A stretch of 64,000 nucleotides of DNA from Ascidiella aspersa (GCA_963924565.1 OZ004609.1:24676001-24740000); one strand, 5' to 3'; counted from the first letter of the stretch, positions 52,291 through 64,000 are shown. Program-made: numbers and translations. The notes: generated by a model not told the origin, from the letters alone.

Positions 52291-55200
52291 CTACAACTTA
52301 TCATCAGTCATCGAATTAAACCCGCCCGCGATCTCGTCGCTGCGTGACCGCCCGTAGCTGTTGCTGATCGTGGGTGGTCGTGGCTCGAGCGCCACCCTAC
52401 GGTCGTCGTGTCGCACTTCGCCTGGAACATTGCGGCGCAAGAAACTCGTGTGGGTGTGCACGTATCGGATTGACCTGTAAAGAAAAAGGCGATTGCCGTT
52501 GAACCGCCGAGCGATCATACCTTGGTCGGTGTACGTAACAAGAACGTTTTTTCATTAACCTTCGCAATCACAAGACTTCACTTAACCAGCAATAGGCGCT
52601 TTTGTTTTTTGCTGAACTGTGGAGCCAATGGAGCTCATATTTAGCCAAAATTTAGATTTGCCAATAAAACACGAACCTTTCTTTTTTCAATAAAGGACAG
52701 GTAATCGAAAAAGAAAGGATCAAGTGTAGCGTGTTATTTAAATCTAAATCAAAGTAATGTTGGGACCTTATGTGGTTACAACAAACGGCGAATTACTTTT
52801 GTCTGGCAAAATTCGCGCTTCGACCCCCGGAATGAAGAAATCTACTCTAGGAGTCAAATTTATCTCACGTTTAGTAGACTGTAGAAAGCAGTAAATGGGA
52901 TTAGTTTACGAAATATTTATATTCTGAACACTATGATTTGTTTCGCACAAAATAAATAAAAATACGAACATAACGCACCACTGGCGAAAGCTACCAGCCA
53001 ATGGTCCACAGGTGAAGGCCTTGCGAAAGTCGCGCCGAAAATCGGACGACACGAACGCGTAGATGACGGGGTTGACGCACGAGTTGGCGTAGCTGAGGCA
53101 GTGCGCCGACACTCGCAGGCAAAACGTGGCCCTCGTGAAGGGAAAAGTGCCGAACTTGAGCCAGAGCATGGCCACGTGATGCGGCAGCCAGTCGAGGGCG
53201 AAGACGATCACCTGGAGACAAAAAAGGCGAGTTGAATAAAAAAAAGGCGAGTTGAATCCAGGGCCGTATTTTCGGCCCGAATCACTTACAACATTGTGGT
53301 ACACCCAATATATGACTAACTCGAAAATATTAAGAGACTAAATGCAAAATAGCAACAAACCTTAACTATATAACATCTAGATAATTATTTTTCAAAAATA
53401 TTTGTAAATATTATTATCAATTTGCCATTTTTTGCCTTAAATCCGTTATCTTAAAAATGATTAGGGCAAAACAAATGTAGGCTAATGTAAATCCGACATC
53501 AATTGCTTTTATGGTGCACTCTTTTCCTGGATGCCCTATAAGAACGTGCTTATATTCTTCTTTCGTGTGTCAAACACGGATCAGCTCTGTTGACGAGAGC
53601 CATTTCAGAGTGTCATTGTCGAGGTCCCTGAGGCCTCGTTCCCCATGGGGTGGACGGTAGGTGGTACATTCCTCCACGATGTGATCCGCAGTTTGGTGTT
53701 GGGCGCCACATATGCAAGCTGGATTGTCGGTCAAGCCCCACTTCAGCATCGACGCTCCGAAACAGCCGACTCCAGTGCGGAGGCGGTTAAGATTAACCCA
53801 CTGTCGCCGTGGAAGGTCCAGGCCTGTTACTTCATAAGGGCTGTCTATGTAGCGATGTAATCTTGTTTGTGGTGCTGCTGACCACCTCTCCGTCCACCGG
53901 TTCTTTACCCAGGTGTCCTTGGACATGCCATCTCTGACGACCTGTAGCATCGTCTTTGCCTGGGCAGCAAAGGAGTGCCTCGATTTTAGGCGTTGATGGC
54001 AAGTCTTATTAGTGAGAACTCTGTGCAGTAGATGTTGTTCGTTGCAGAGCGCTTTTCTACAGAGGGCTAGGGTCGCTGCCTCTCGGCGGATGTCAGGCGG
54101 TGCTATGCCGGCCAGCACGGGCAGCTGCTCGGTTGGCGTGGCACGTAGGCAGCCAGATATGACACGCAACGCACTATTAAGGGTAGTGTCCACCTTCTTA
54201 GCGTGGCTACTTCGGCACCACACAGGGGCACAGTACTCAGCAGCGGATAGCACCAGTGCCTGGACAGATATACGCAGCACCTTAGTTGAGCCTCCCCACG
54301 CAGTACCGGCCAGACGGCGTATAAGCGCAATGCGAGCGGTTGCCTTCGCCCTGACGCTGTCGACGTGATGCTTGAACGTCAGCGTTCTGTCAAGCTTGAC
54401 CCCGAGGTATGTGGGGGTAGCATTATGCTGCAACAACGTGTTGTTGACTCGGATGTTTGTAGTACGCTTGGCTTCCCTGTTATTTAGGTGGAACATTGTG
54501 GCCATAGTTTTCCCCATGCTTAATTTTAGTCTCCAGTTCTTGAAGTAGGACGACAGGATCCCCATGTCTGCGGTTAGACCTTCTTCGGCTTCGCCCCATG
54601 TTGGCTTGCTGAATAGAATTGCAAGATCATCTGCATAGCCATATTTCTTCGACTGGGTGGCGGGTAAGTCGTGAATATATATGTTAAATAACATAGGAGC
54701 AAGGACGGAACCTTGTGGTACGCCATTCCTCAGCTTTCGAGTCCTACTGCATTGACCGTTAATTGTGTGGAGCTGAAAGCTACGGTTACTCAGCATGTTT
54801 AAGATGAAGTTGACCATATGCATATCTGGGATCATCTTCAGGAGCTTTAGGTGAAGACCACGCAACCAAACGGTGTCATACGCAGCCGTGAGGTCAATGA
54901 ACACGGCTCCGACTTTTTCACCAGCCTCAAACCCATTCTCTATATCTTGGCACAGTAGGGTAACCTGATCTGTGGTAGATCTACCACTGCGGAAACCCGC
55001 TTGCTCCTTGGGCAATTGTGGATCGATAATAGGATTTAGGCGCGTGTGGAGAAGTCGCTCCAACATCTTGTAAGGAACACACAATAGCGATATAGGGCGA
55101 TAACTCTTCGGGTCGCCTTTTGGTTTGTTTGGCTTCGGTAAAGCTATTACCTTCGCCCGACGCCAGATCTTGGGTAACCTGCCAGTTCGAAGACAGGTTG

Positions 55201-58200
55201 AGAAGAAAGAGGTTAGCCATGAGGACATTTTCCTTCCTTGATGTTTAATAAACTCTGGATGAATTCCATCGATGCCTGGTGATCTGCCCACTTTAAGTTG
55301 TTTGGTGGCTTCCGCAAGTTCTTGGTCGGTGAAGTCGATTGAAAGGTTGGAGTTACAGGTGGGGGACGCACGAATTTCTTTGGTCTTGGCATTAATTCTT
55401 CTGCTGAAGGACCTGTCTACATTAGGGCAACGGTTGTTGCTGAGAAGTTGGGCGGCAATCGCATTGGCCGTGATGGGGCATTTACTTGGTTTTGCCGACC
55501 TTCCAGTAAGCCTGTTGACTGTTTGCCAGGCTCTACGACTGGAATGAGTAAAGTCTATTGACTTCACTGTTTCATTCCATCTCTCCCTTCGTTGTTCGTT
55601 TAGTCTGCGGATGAGATCATCGGCAGCCCTTTCTCGATCATGGATGGATTCCGCCTCGTTTTGTGTGCGAAGTAATTGCTCGCATTCTTCGTCCCAGCAA
55701 GGAACGTAGCTCCTTCGAAAGCCGCGGGGAATGTTATTCTTCGCAGCAGAGGTTATAGCCTTGCAGAAGGTGCTATAGGCGCAGTTGATGTTGACTGAGT
55801 TCGGGGACGGCAAGCCAACAGCTATCGCATCGAGTTGTTGACTGAATCTTTTCCAGTTGGCTTTGCGGAAATTCCAACGCCTCACGGGATTCCCTTCAAT
55901 AGGCTGAACTAACGCTGGGGTTAGAATCAGCGATGGACGATGGTGAGAATGGGGGAATCTATCCAGAACGCGCCTCTCCGGCATTGGCTCACCGGCGCAG
56001 CTTTTAAAAAAGGCCAGGTCGGGATTGGTGTCGGTGTTCCAGCGCGCGGAGTGGAATGTCGGCTGCTCTTTCGGATCGAAAAGTAGAGTGGCGTCAATGG
56101 ATGAAGCCCATTCGATAAGGGTGTCGCCGTCTGCATTGCTGACGCTATAGCCCCAGTCAGTGTGATGGCAGTTGAAGTCGCCGACGTAAAGAGCTGGTGC
56201 GGTGACATCTGGAAGTGAGTCGAGATACAGTCTGCTGGGTGGTGGCTTGTAGATGTTGACGATGGTAGTGTCTTGTACCTTGGTTGTCAGCCACTCCACA
56301 GTTGTATTGTCGTCAGACTGCGCCATCGCTGACCAAGGTATATCATTCCTGATAAAGGTTGCGATGCCATGGTGCTTGTCCAGTGTGAATCCGGCCAGGT
56401 TGAAACCCGGTATCTTCAGGACGCTAGAGTTGGTAGCATGCGTTTCCTGCAGGGAAATTATCGCAACTTTGTTGTTGTTGGCGATATGTGTAATGACGCT
56501 GAGTTTGGCGGTTGTAAGGCCCTCAACATTTAGCTGTAGCAGCGCCAAGTCTTGGCTTTCGACGAACGTTGTTTTTGCCGCCTGGCCTAAAAAGGCCACA
56601 TGCTTCCTTGGACTTGACGCCGGGTCATGATTCATTTGACGTGTTTGACGGTTTAAAGACATTGGTTTCGCTTATGTTAGCTACTTATAGGGGATGCCAC
56701 GTAAAGGCTGTCTTTATACCCCCCATATTGCCTAATGGTTAATCCAGCCCTGGCTATTCCTAATCGCGACTTTGTTTTTAGCAGATACCAGCCCTTGTTT
56801 TGTCAATATTACTTATGTTTTCGAAAGATGGCAAACTGAAAAATTAAATTTTTTTTAAATTTTTTTGAACAAAAATAAAATGTGAAAAGGTTACAAAATT
56901 TAGTGTATTTCTTCAAAACTAAAACTATGCTAAGAATACATACATGATAAATAACCTTTCACAACTATAAAAAGCTAATATCTGCCAAGAAACTTTTTAC
57001 CTCATCAAGAATGTATTAGACACTTACAAAGTAACTTAGTTTAGATAAGAATATATTATCTTATCTAAAGTAAGTTGCTATCGTGATTACAAGGTTATAT
57101 TATATTCGCGTTTTACTTAAGTTCAAACCAGTTCGTAAGACAATAAATATTTCAAAAGCACTTCCCACTATATATAGTAGCATTTATGGTATCCCAGGTA
57201 ATTTATCGGTTTCAGAGAAGTTTATATCAGTAAATTAAAATTTGAATTACACTGGAAAATAAGTGAAGCCACGTTTAATGTTTAACTGTTTACAAGAAAA
57301 TATCTAAAAAATTTTTTTCTTAACACAAATGTATAAACTCGCATCATAATATATGACCGAAGTCAAACTATTTTTAAAAGATTTTGGCGAGTAAAAAGAA
57401 ATATCCAACTTCGAACTACAATAAATTATAGGGTTGAATATTGATTTGATTCATCGCCGAGGCTGCGTAACTCTGTTCCTTAGGATACAAATTAAGTGTT
57501 AGAGATTTTCTTTTGGAAAAGCATCTGTCGTAGATTGGAAACCGACTTTCGTGCTGCTGTCACTATAAATTAAATTCCTGGGTTCAACGGCATGTCCCAA
57601 GATAAAACGTTTAGATCAGCCCTTGTTAACCTGGGGTAAACTTTCCCCAAGGGGTAAACTTCCTTGGTTTAGATTTAGAGGGTAAATACAAGAATAGGTA
57701 TTCAAGCTCTGAATATTCTGTTTCACGTTTCTTCAACTAACCTATGGTGCGAAGCGGCTTCTGTGCATTGCCTAGTATAAAATCTCAAGCACGAAACCGA
57801 CTTGAATCTGATATTCGTTGTGCATTACCTATACTAGGCCTACTTTACCAGACATTGAACAACTCGTTGCCAAAAAGCAAGGGCAGCTGTCGGACTGAAT
57901 ATAACTGATGTAATTTGTTACTTACGTTTTTTTTATTAAATGAACACCACTTAAATTGGGGATAAATCTGATATTTATCTTTGTTAAAAAGGTTAAAACA
58001 TACAAAAAAGGTTAAGAACCCCTGGTTTAGATAAAGGAAGGCAAGCGAAGACGCTTTGCATTGGCGACCGTTACTCACAAGGGTGACGACGATCTTGGTT
58101 ACACGCCGTTTCGTCTTCTTGGTTGCTAAAGACCTCCGACGAGCGGACCTTTGCGCACTCTTGCACATGACGTTGAGCACTTGCAGGTAGCAGATCACGA

Positions 58201-61200
58201 TTACGGTGAGCGGCGCAAGGTAGCCCATCACGAAGATCACGAGGTGATACCAGCCGAACCACTTTGTCACGCAAAGCATCTTGCCCTCGTACTCCAGCTG
58301 TGAAAATACTTGTATCAATATCCACTGTTGAGGCTTTAAATGGCTTGCAACACCCATATGTAAAACTACATATCGATCAATAAAGCCCTATAAAGTAATA
58401 CGCAACCCCGGAAACTAAAAGAACACGGATTGTCACAAAGCCAAATTTAAAAGCCTTAAATTAAGTTTTTTAAGATGTTTAAACATTAAAAACCTGGTAG
58501 TAGAAATTTTGCCAAACGCGAACATTTAAATTATATCTGTCACAAAGATAGGCCGAATTGTTTCAAGGGTCAAGGCGTTAACGTTGTGGTACTACGGTAA
58601 AACTTTAATCGAATAAGTTTAGGCAGAAACCCTTTTTCAATAATGTGGAATTTAATTGGTGGTTTTAAACGACGTTTCTTTGCGGTGGCCTTTTTTAATA
58701 TAAAAACTTAAATTGTTAAATCATTTGTCTTTTTGTCTAATTGTATATGATTGTAATATGGTTTAGGTCTAATACACCAAAATTGGGAAGGTTGCGTAAT
58801 TTTTTTTAAAACTGAACAGGAGTCGCGCCAACAAAAATGTTGGGAACCACTGGTTTACCGTAATTGATTTATAGAAACACGTAAACGGAACTAAAATCAA
58901 TATAATTATTCTTAGAGCACACGTCATTACTTTAATTGCGATCCAGCTGTGGCACTTTACGTGCAAAATATTTTTGATTTTCCGACACGGCACTAATGAG
59001 CCCTTAGGTGCTGATTCGTTACGTTGGTCCCGATGGTAATAAACAAAATGAACGTTTCGTTTTGTGGGCGATATTATCGTTGTCGCTTGTACTTGACATG
59101 AATCCATAATGAGGGTGCAAGGCTGCTGGTAAAATATTATGCGACGCAGGACCATTCATTTTTTATGCATGAGCCGTAGCTTACATGCCAAACTGTAATG
59201 GGACTATTTGTAAATTTGAAAGTGCATATCGAGCTTACCACCCCAATGTCGGTATTATGTTGTCGCCACTAAGTAGGCTATAGTTTTTTATTAACGGACT
59301 GGCAGACAGTGTTGTAGGCCAGTGCTTAAACTTTTTTAGTTTCGTTCACCCTTAGCATCTATCTCCAGATTTCATTCACCCTTGTCTCATGATATGATAA
59401 AACTATCTCGTTTATATATAACAGCACAAAATAACTTAGGTTGCGATTTTTGTTAAGATCGACTCAAGCTAAGTTTTACCATTGCAAATCTACAATTTCT
59501 CGAGCCCAGAAATATAAAGCAACAAACGCACAAAACAAAGTCACCAAATTGTTGTACTTATACTGGGGCTACCATATTTTTAGCGCCCAAAAAGAGGACA
59601 TTTTTTGCCTGCAAGTAAAACGATAGTATGAATTGTTACGTTCGACAAATACGTGCCATATTCACACCTTTTTTCAGCAGCGGCACCCTTTGTAATTTTC
59701 CTATGACTTGCACCCCTACGAAAAACAATTCGAAATTTTTAATTAATAATCACTAAGACAACATGAAAATAGTGAAGTTTGTTGTTGGTCGGGCGAAGCG
59801 CGAAAAAAATTGGATTTGATTGGTTGAATTGGCGCTAAACTGTAAAATTAGGAGGCTTTTCGCAAAACATTTCGTCCCCCTGTTGCTAGCCTGTTATCCA
59901 ATTATATAAAATGTGGATAAAAAATAGTTCAAACGGTGGATGACTTTTATCGTTTATCTATAAGTTAGAAACATTATAGGGTTGTACCTTCGATGATATG
60001 AAAACATGAAATGGCACTCAAAGAGACGTTGTGCTCAACAAAGTAAACAAAATTAGATAACAGAAGATTCGCAAATTTTTTTTGGCAGTTTTAATGTTAA
60101 AGTTGGCAAAAACAGAGTTTGTACAGTGCTGTAGGAGTGTACAACCAAAACGAAAACGATACCATTAGAATCATTGCAAAAAAAAATATTAACTTAGAGC
60201 TCGCCTCCCCCCCCCCCCTACGAATTGCTTGGAGCCCCCCTAGAAACCCTTTTCAAACCAGCAATTTAGCATCTTTCATGGCTTAAATACAACCTCTCGC
60301 CTAAAAGTCTTGTTAAAAGTATAAGCAACTAACTCGAAATGGGAAAAAGAGGACATTTGGACATTTTTGAGCGTCCTCGGAGGACTATTCAGTTTTCTTT
60401 AGAAAAGGGGACAACTCCTCCTAAAAGAGGACATATTATGGTAGGCCCAACTTCTAAACTTAGTGCAAACCAACTTAACTATTACAATAAGCAAAAAAAC
60501 ACCAAAAAACAACAGTTCAGCAGTCGATTTACTTCAGAAAGTTGTTTACTAGTGACTATAGGATGCTCCTGAACTTTCGTTCACCCTTATTCACCCATTT
60601 TGGTTGGTTCACCCCTGCAAAAATGTTATTCACCCTGAGGTGAACCATTCACCACTTTAAGAAACACTGTTGTAGGCTGAAAATAAGTAAATTGCATAAA
60701 ATTTTAGTCGCACACATAAAGTAATGATACTTTCATGTTTCCAACATTTATGGTGCTTTTAGTATATTTTCGTATTTGCAAAAATTGTGTGGGTATTAAT
60801 ATACAAACTGATATTTATGGTTGTAGAAAAACCATGCGGTATATATGATTTTTTTATTAACCATTGCTTCATGGAATAGCCCATTTAGAAATAATAATTT
60901 TTCTGTTGAAATGATATAGTAGTTTACAATTTACTTAGTAGTACAATCGAGTTTAATGCTCCTTCGAAATCCACGTTAAACATTTTTATATACTTTCCGC
61001 TCTGACTATAGTGTTTTGCCAGGTTGCAATGCATCATTGAAATAAAGGTAATTTGGGAAAGACTGGACAAAATATAATTAAACCCAATGGGTTCACAAGA
61101 GATATCACAACCAACAACCGACTGATTTACCCCGGTTTTTGACATGAGAGAAGGCAAACCCAGCGCGAACGCGATAATCCAGATTGCGATCATTCCCTTG

Positions 61201-64000
61201 GAAGCGTTTCGTTTGGTTCTCCACTGCTTTGCGGAAGTCGCGTACACAACAGCAAGGAATCTGGTCGTGTAACAAAAATACTATTTAAGGGTTAAATATA
61301 AGAAAGCCTATAGATAAAGGAAACTATAGGCATATCACGTCACAATTTAGATATCAATGCAGACCAAGCCTCAATACACCTTTTTTAGGCCATCTGACAA
61401 CCTTGAACCCAAGATTTTAGTGGTATTGAGTCAATATGTGTATCGGGGATTGACAAAAATGTTAAAATGGTGAACAGTTTTAAAGTCGTTAATAAGGATT
61501 ACCGAATGTTTCAATACACAGGAACCGCTCCACAAATATTTATTTAATGGAAAGTACGATAAAGTAAAATTGTCTTTGACTACAAACAAGGTCAATCTGG
61601 TGTTTGTACCCGAAAATGCTGCTCAATCTTTCCTATCGATGTTTTGAGATGCGTCTGGTAAATGTGTAAGGAGGTCAAATGCGCTCTGGCATTTCCGCGG
61701 CCTTTATTTTTCTTGAAATGTTTCCGGTATTTGTATCGACCAAGATCTCGTCAAGCGACGCGGCAAAATTGAAGAAGATCGATAGCTTTCGCGACGCAAG
61801 TCTTGCTTCAGTAGCCGAGGCGCGGGCGGCGATTTGACAAAGCCTAGTCCCGCCGAAAAAGCGACCAGAACGCGAGGTTGCGCTAGTTTTGTTGCGTACT
61901 AACTAACGGGCGAGTTTACAACTTCATGCGCATACACTCTATTGGACTTTGGCTGGAATTGCGACCATATCGAATGGCATTGACGAATCCGACATCAATT
62001 ATTCAGCGCCCGACGCCGGCCGGGACGCTTGCACCGTTTTGGGCCAAAAGCCGTGTGCATGATGTGGCTGACATCGGGGCCCGGACATACACAAATATCT
62101 CTTGCGCCTTTGCCAAGACACTCTTTCCAGCGCCCTAAGAATGATCAGTTCTGGCCCGGACCGTTGGAACCCTGAGTTATGTGGAAGCCTTGTAATTTCT
62201 CTCCGAAACCGTCAGCTGCGGTACAACGAGGTAAAATCGACTGTCGAAAGTTTGGCCGCGAACTTGCGCATAACACAACCACTTTTTTAAAAAAAAACAA
62301 GATCCGATTTGGACACATAGCTCTATGCTCTGCTTTTCGAAATGCCAGAAAAATCTTTCCTCAGGGGAAATACTTCATATTATATTAAATGCCAAGCTGC
62401 CTCAGCCTATACTTAGCCTAATCGACTGATTCATATTATATCGATCACTGAATTTAAGATTTGGAAAGATGACAAAATCGATTGATTAAGATCATCATGC
62501 ACAGTCAAAGAAAACTGTCAAAACCACATTGCCCGAAACCGCAAAACAAGCACTTAAACTAGGCTAAACGACGAGCTTAGCGTAAAAATCGATAACAGAT
62601 CCGCACATATGAACTAAAAAACAAGCGCAGAGATTTGTCATAAAACCCATATGCCATTTTTAAGTTAATATATATTAGAAGAATATTATTGCAAGCATCA
62701 GGATCAAAGTGTTTTTAAAAACGAAAAGCATATAAAATATTTTGACCAATTCTGCCAATCTACTGTTGCTCCTGTAATTATACAATGTAATTAATATGTC
62801 TTTTGTCAACATTTACATTTAAATATATTTTATCACTTGTCGATGGTTAAGTTACACAAAGAAGGTTCATGCGAAACAATGGATTAAAACAGGGGTCGGC
62901 AACCTACGGCCCGCGGGCCGGATCCGGCCCGCCGATGTAATTCGTCCGGCCCGCCGCCTTCTTGACAAATAAGACACGAGTCCGTTCCACAAACTTTTTG
63001 ACTATTTTAACTACGTAAGTGCGAAAATTTTTCGCGCTCCGCGCGACATCATTCTACGTCCGGTTTGTTTACGTTTTGATGTTGTCTTTTCACCTAGATC
63101 AGCGCTTCTTTGCCGTTGCGCCGTGGAAGGCAGCCAAGTGCGTCACGGAAAACGTATTCAAAATGTTGGACGTATATTTTTTTTATTTTTTTTATTTTCG
63201 GCAATGTAATAAAAACTTGCAAGAAATTTAAAAGAAATACCGGTATGCCAAAAAAATCGCGCTCGCTTCGCTCGCCAGGTGTGCCAACACTCAGCTAGAT
63301 TAACTTTAAACGTCAGCACGTTACCTAAAAGTAGTTTTATAACACTTTTCGTTAGTAGGATGGATGACGACGTGTCAACTCGATATTTATACCAAACAAA
63401 CGCTTCTTTTCGCTCTTTGCACCAACACTTTACAGCCTTCTTAAATGTTATTACGATCCGAGATCCGGCTGATTCACATTTCTAACATGAAAATAACACA
63501 ATTCTTAGTTATCATTTTGTGCGGCTCGCAGAGACCTTTCTGAGTTTGGTTTTGGCCCGCGACTAGAAAAAGGTTGCCGACCCCTGGATTAAAAGAACAA
63601 ACATCTGGCCGGCAGTGTTAATCCTTATGACGGCAATGGAGCAATAAAACAGCAAAGGGATTATAGTTCTGGGCTAAAATATATAGTTTTGGGCTAAAAT
63701 GTAAAGCTTCTTCTTACCTGTCGAAGGAAAGGGCCGCCAGGGTGTAGATGCTAGCCAGCATGGTGACCTCCTGGCAGACCTCGCAGAACACACACATGAA
63801 GCCACCGAAGGGCCAGCCGTCCATGCTGTACACCGGAGCTTGGAAGGGAACGCAGAAGACCAGGAAAAAGAGGTCGGACACGGCGAGGTTGAGAATGAAT
63901 CGGTCGGTGATCCGCAAGCCGCGCGGATGATTTCTCCTCGTGGTTACCATGGCAGCGATCACCAGGCAGTTGCCGCACATGCCAACAAGAAAGATGAGAC
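52291..64000 (-). CDS. Galanin-receptor-like class A GPCR, paralog 2 (N-terminus beyond the window)
   Basis: Minus-strand exons >64000-63718, 61260-61131, 58297-58079, 53211-52979, 52474-52291. The first three intron positions match paralog 1. Motifs WLPHH, SAHCLSYANSCVNPVIYAF and C-tail EPRPPTISNS (paralog 1: QPRPPTINSS). Confidence 0.88.
53570..56662 (-). CDS. APE endonuclease + reverse transcriptase + C-terminal CCHC motif (1030 aa), no RNase H recognised
   Basis: Endonuclease: LQLNVEGL, SLQETH, GDFNCH, PDLAF, SHHRP. RT: YRPISLL, QAGFR, DLTAAYDTV, GVPQGSVLAP, YADD, YLGV. C-terminal CICG...HIVEEC. Confidence 0.95.
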   Translation of the reverse strand: MSLNRQTRQMNHDPASSPRKHVAFLGQAAKTTFVESQDLALLQLNVEGLTTAKLSVITHIANNNKVAIISLQETHATNSSVLKIPGFNLAGFTLDKHHGIATFIRNDIPWSAMAQSDDNTTVEWLTTKVQDTTIVNIYKPPPSRLYLDSLPDVTAPALYVGDFNCHHTDWGYSVSNADGDTLIEWASSIDATLLFDPKEQPTFHSARWNTDTNPDLAFFKSCAGEPMPERRVLDRFPHSHHRPSLILTPALVQPIEGNPVRRWNFRKANWKRFSQQLDAIAVGLPSPNSVNINCAYSTFCKAITSAAKNNIPRGFRRSYVPCWDEECEQLLRTQNEAESIHDRERAADDLIRRLNEQRRERWNETVKSIDFTHSSRRAWQTVNRLTGRSAKPSKCPITANAIAAQLLSNNRCPNVDRSFSRRINAKTKEIRASPTCNSNLSIDFTDQELAEATKQLKVGRSPGIDGIHPEFIKHQGRKMSSWLTSFFSTCLRTGRLPKIWRRAKVIALPKPNKPKGDPKSYRPISLLCVPYKMLERLLHTRLNPIIDPQLPKEQAGFRSGRSTTDQVTLLCQDIENGFEAGEKVGAVFIDLTAAYDTVWLRGLHLKLLKMIPDMHMVNFILNMLSNRSFQLHTINGQCSRTRKLRNGVPQGSVLAPMLFNIYIHDLPATQSKKYGYADDLAILFSKPTWGEAEEGLTADMGILSSYFKNWRLKLSMGKTMATMFHLNNREAKRTTNIRVNNTLLQHNATPTYLGVKLDRTLTFKHHVDSVRAKATARIALIRRLAGTAWGGSTKVLRISVQALVLSAAEYCAPVWCRSSHAKKVDTTLNSALRVISGCLRATPTEQLPVLAGIAPPDIRREAATLALCRKALCNEQHLLHRVLTNKTCHQRLKSRHSFAAQAKTMLQVVRDGMSKDTWVKNRWTERWSAAPQTRLHRYIDSPYEVTGLDLPRRQWVNLNRLRTGVGCFGASMLKWGLTDNPACICGAQHQTADHIVEECTTYRPPHGERGLRDLDNDTLKWLSSTELIRV
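56654..56724 (-). ncRNA. HDV-like self-cleaving ribozyme at the LINE 5' end
   Basis: Minus strand GGGGGGT-A-TAAAGACA-GCC-TTTACGT-GGC-ATCCCCT-...-CCAA-TGTCTTTA. P1 GGGGGGT/ATCCCCT with a G1.U wobble; P2 TAAAGACA/TGTCTTTA; P3 GCC/GGC with a 7-nt L3; J4/2 CCAA. Confidence 0.75.
57617..58024. mobile_element. hAT-type MITE
   Basis: Right end GGTTAAGAACCCCTG, degenerate left end CAGCCCTTGTTAACC; TSD GTTTAGAT on both sides. Confidence 0.75.
59320..60669. mobile_element. Long non-autonomous hAT element whose ends match the 34996-35237 MITE
   Basis: Perfect TSD TTGTAGGC. 59320-59435 and 60575-60669 resemble the reverse complements of the two halves of the 34996 element. Confidence 0.75.
62890..63586. 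mobile_element. hAT (Charlie/Buster-like) non-autonomous element
   Basis: Perfect 15-bp TIR CAGGGGTCGGCAACC/GGTTGCCGACCCCTG; TSD GATTAAAA; subterminal GGCCCG repeats. Confidence 0.9.

Larger units (their letters stand above)
53557..56724 (-). mobile_element. Full-length non-LTR retrotransposon, Vingi/Ingi-like, in intron 3 of GPCR paralog 2
   Basis: One intact ORF, a 62-nt 5' UTR starting GGGGGG, a very short 3' end CACACGAAAGAAG(AA), and a TSD ATATT at 53552-53556 and 56725-56729. Confidence 0.9.

Overview
Eukaryotic, intron-rich genomic DNA with AT-rich introns and GC-rich exons. An ascidian/tunicate source is inferred from gene and miRNA content but not proven. Four spliced protein genes were rebuilt by hand with phase-consistent GT-AG junctions: (1) the 3' part of an FMN/Cappuccino-type formin (+, 1-7569); (2) a complete 17-exon, 818-aa WD40-repeat gene (-, 8948-31998); (3,4) two convergent galanin-receptor-like GPCR paralogs (+, 36888-46584; -, 52291 to past the window edge). 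The main hidden system is in the 9.5-kb intron 9 of the WD40 gene, on the opposite strand. A CpG-rich promoter/enhancer region with TATA, CCAAT, CRE, E2F and YY1 motifs is followed by an array of at least nine paralogous pre-miRNA-like hairpins (22.9-24.3 kb). Their 5' arms fall into four related seed classes. Two ribozyme folds sit inside retroelements: an HDV-like pseudoknot at the 5' end of an intact Vingi-type LINE, and a minimal hammerhead in a Penelope-like inverted repeat. Many hAT-type MITEs with 8-bp target-site duplications (TSDs), a tRNA-derived SINE-like insert and several duplications that copy splice sites are also present. All folds were checked by eye, not computed.
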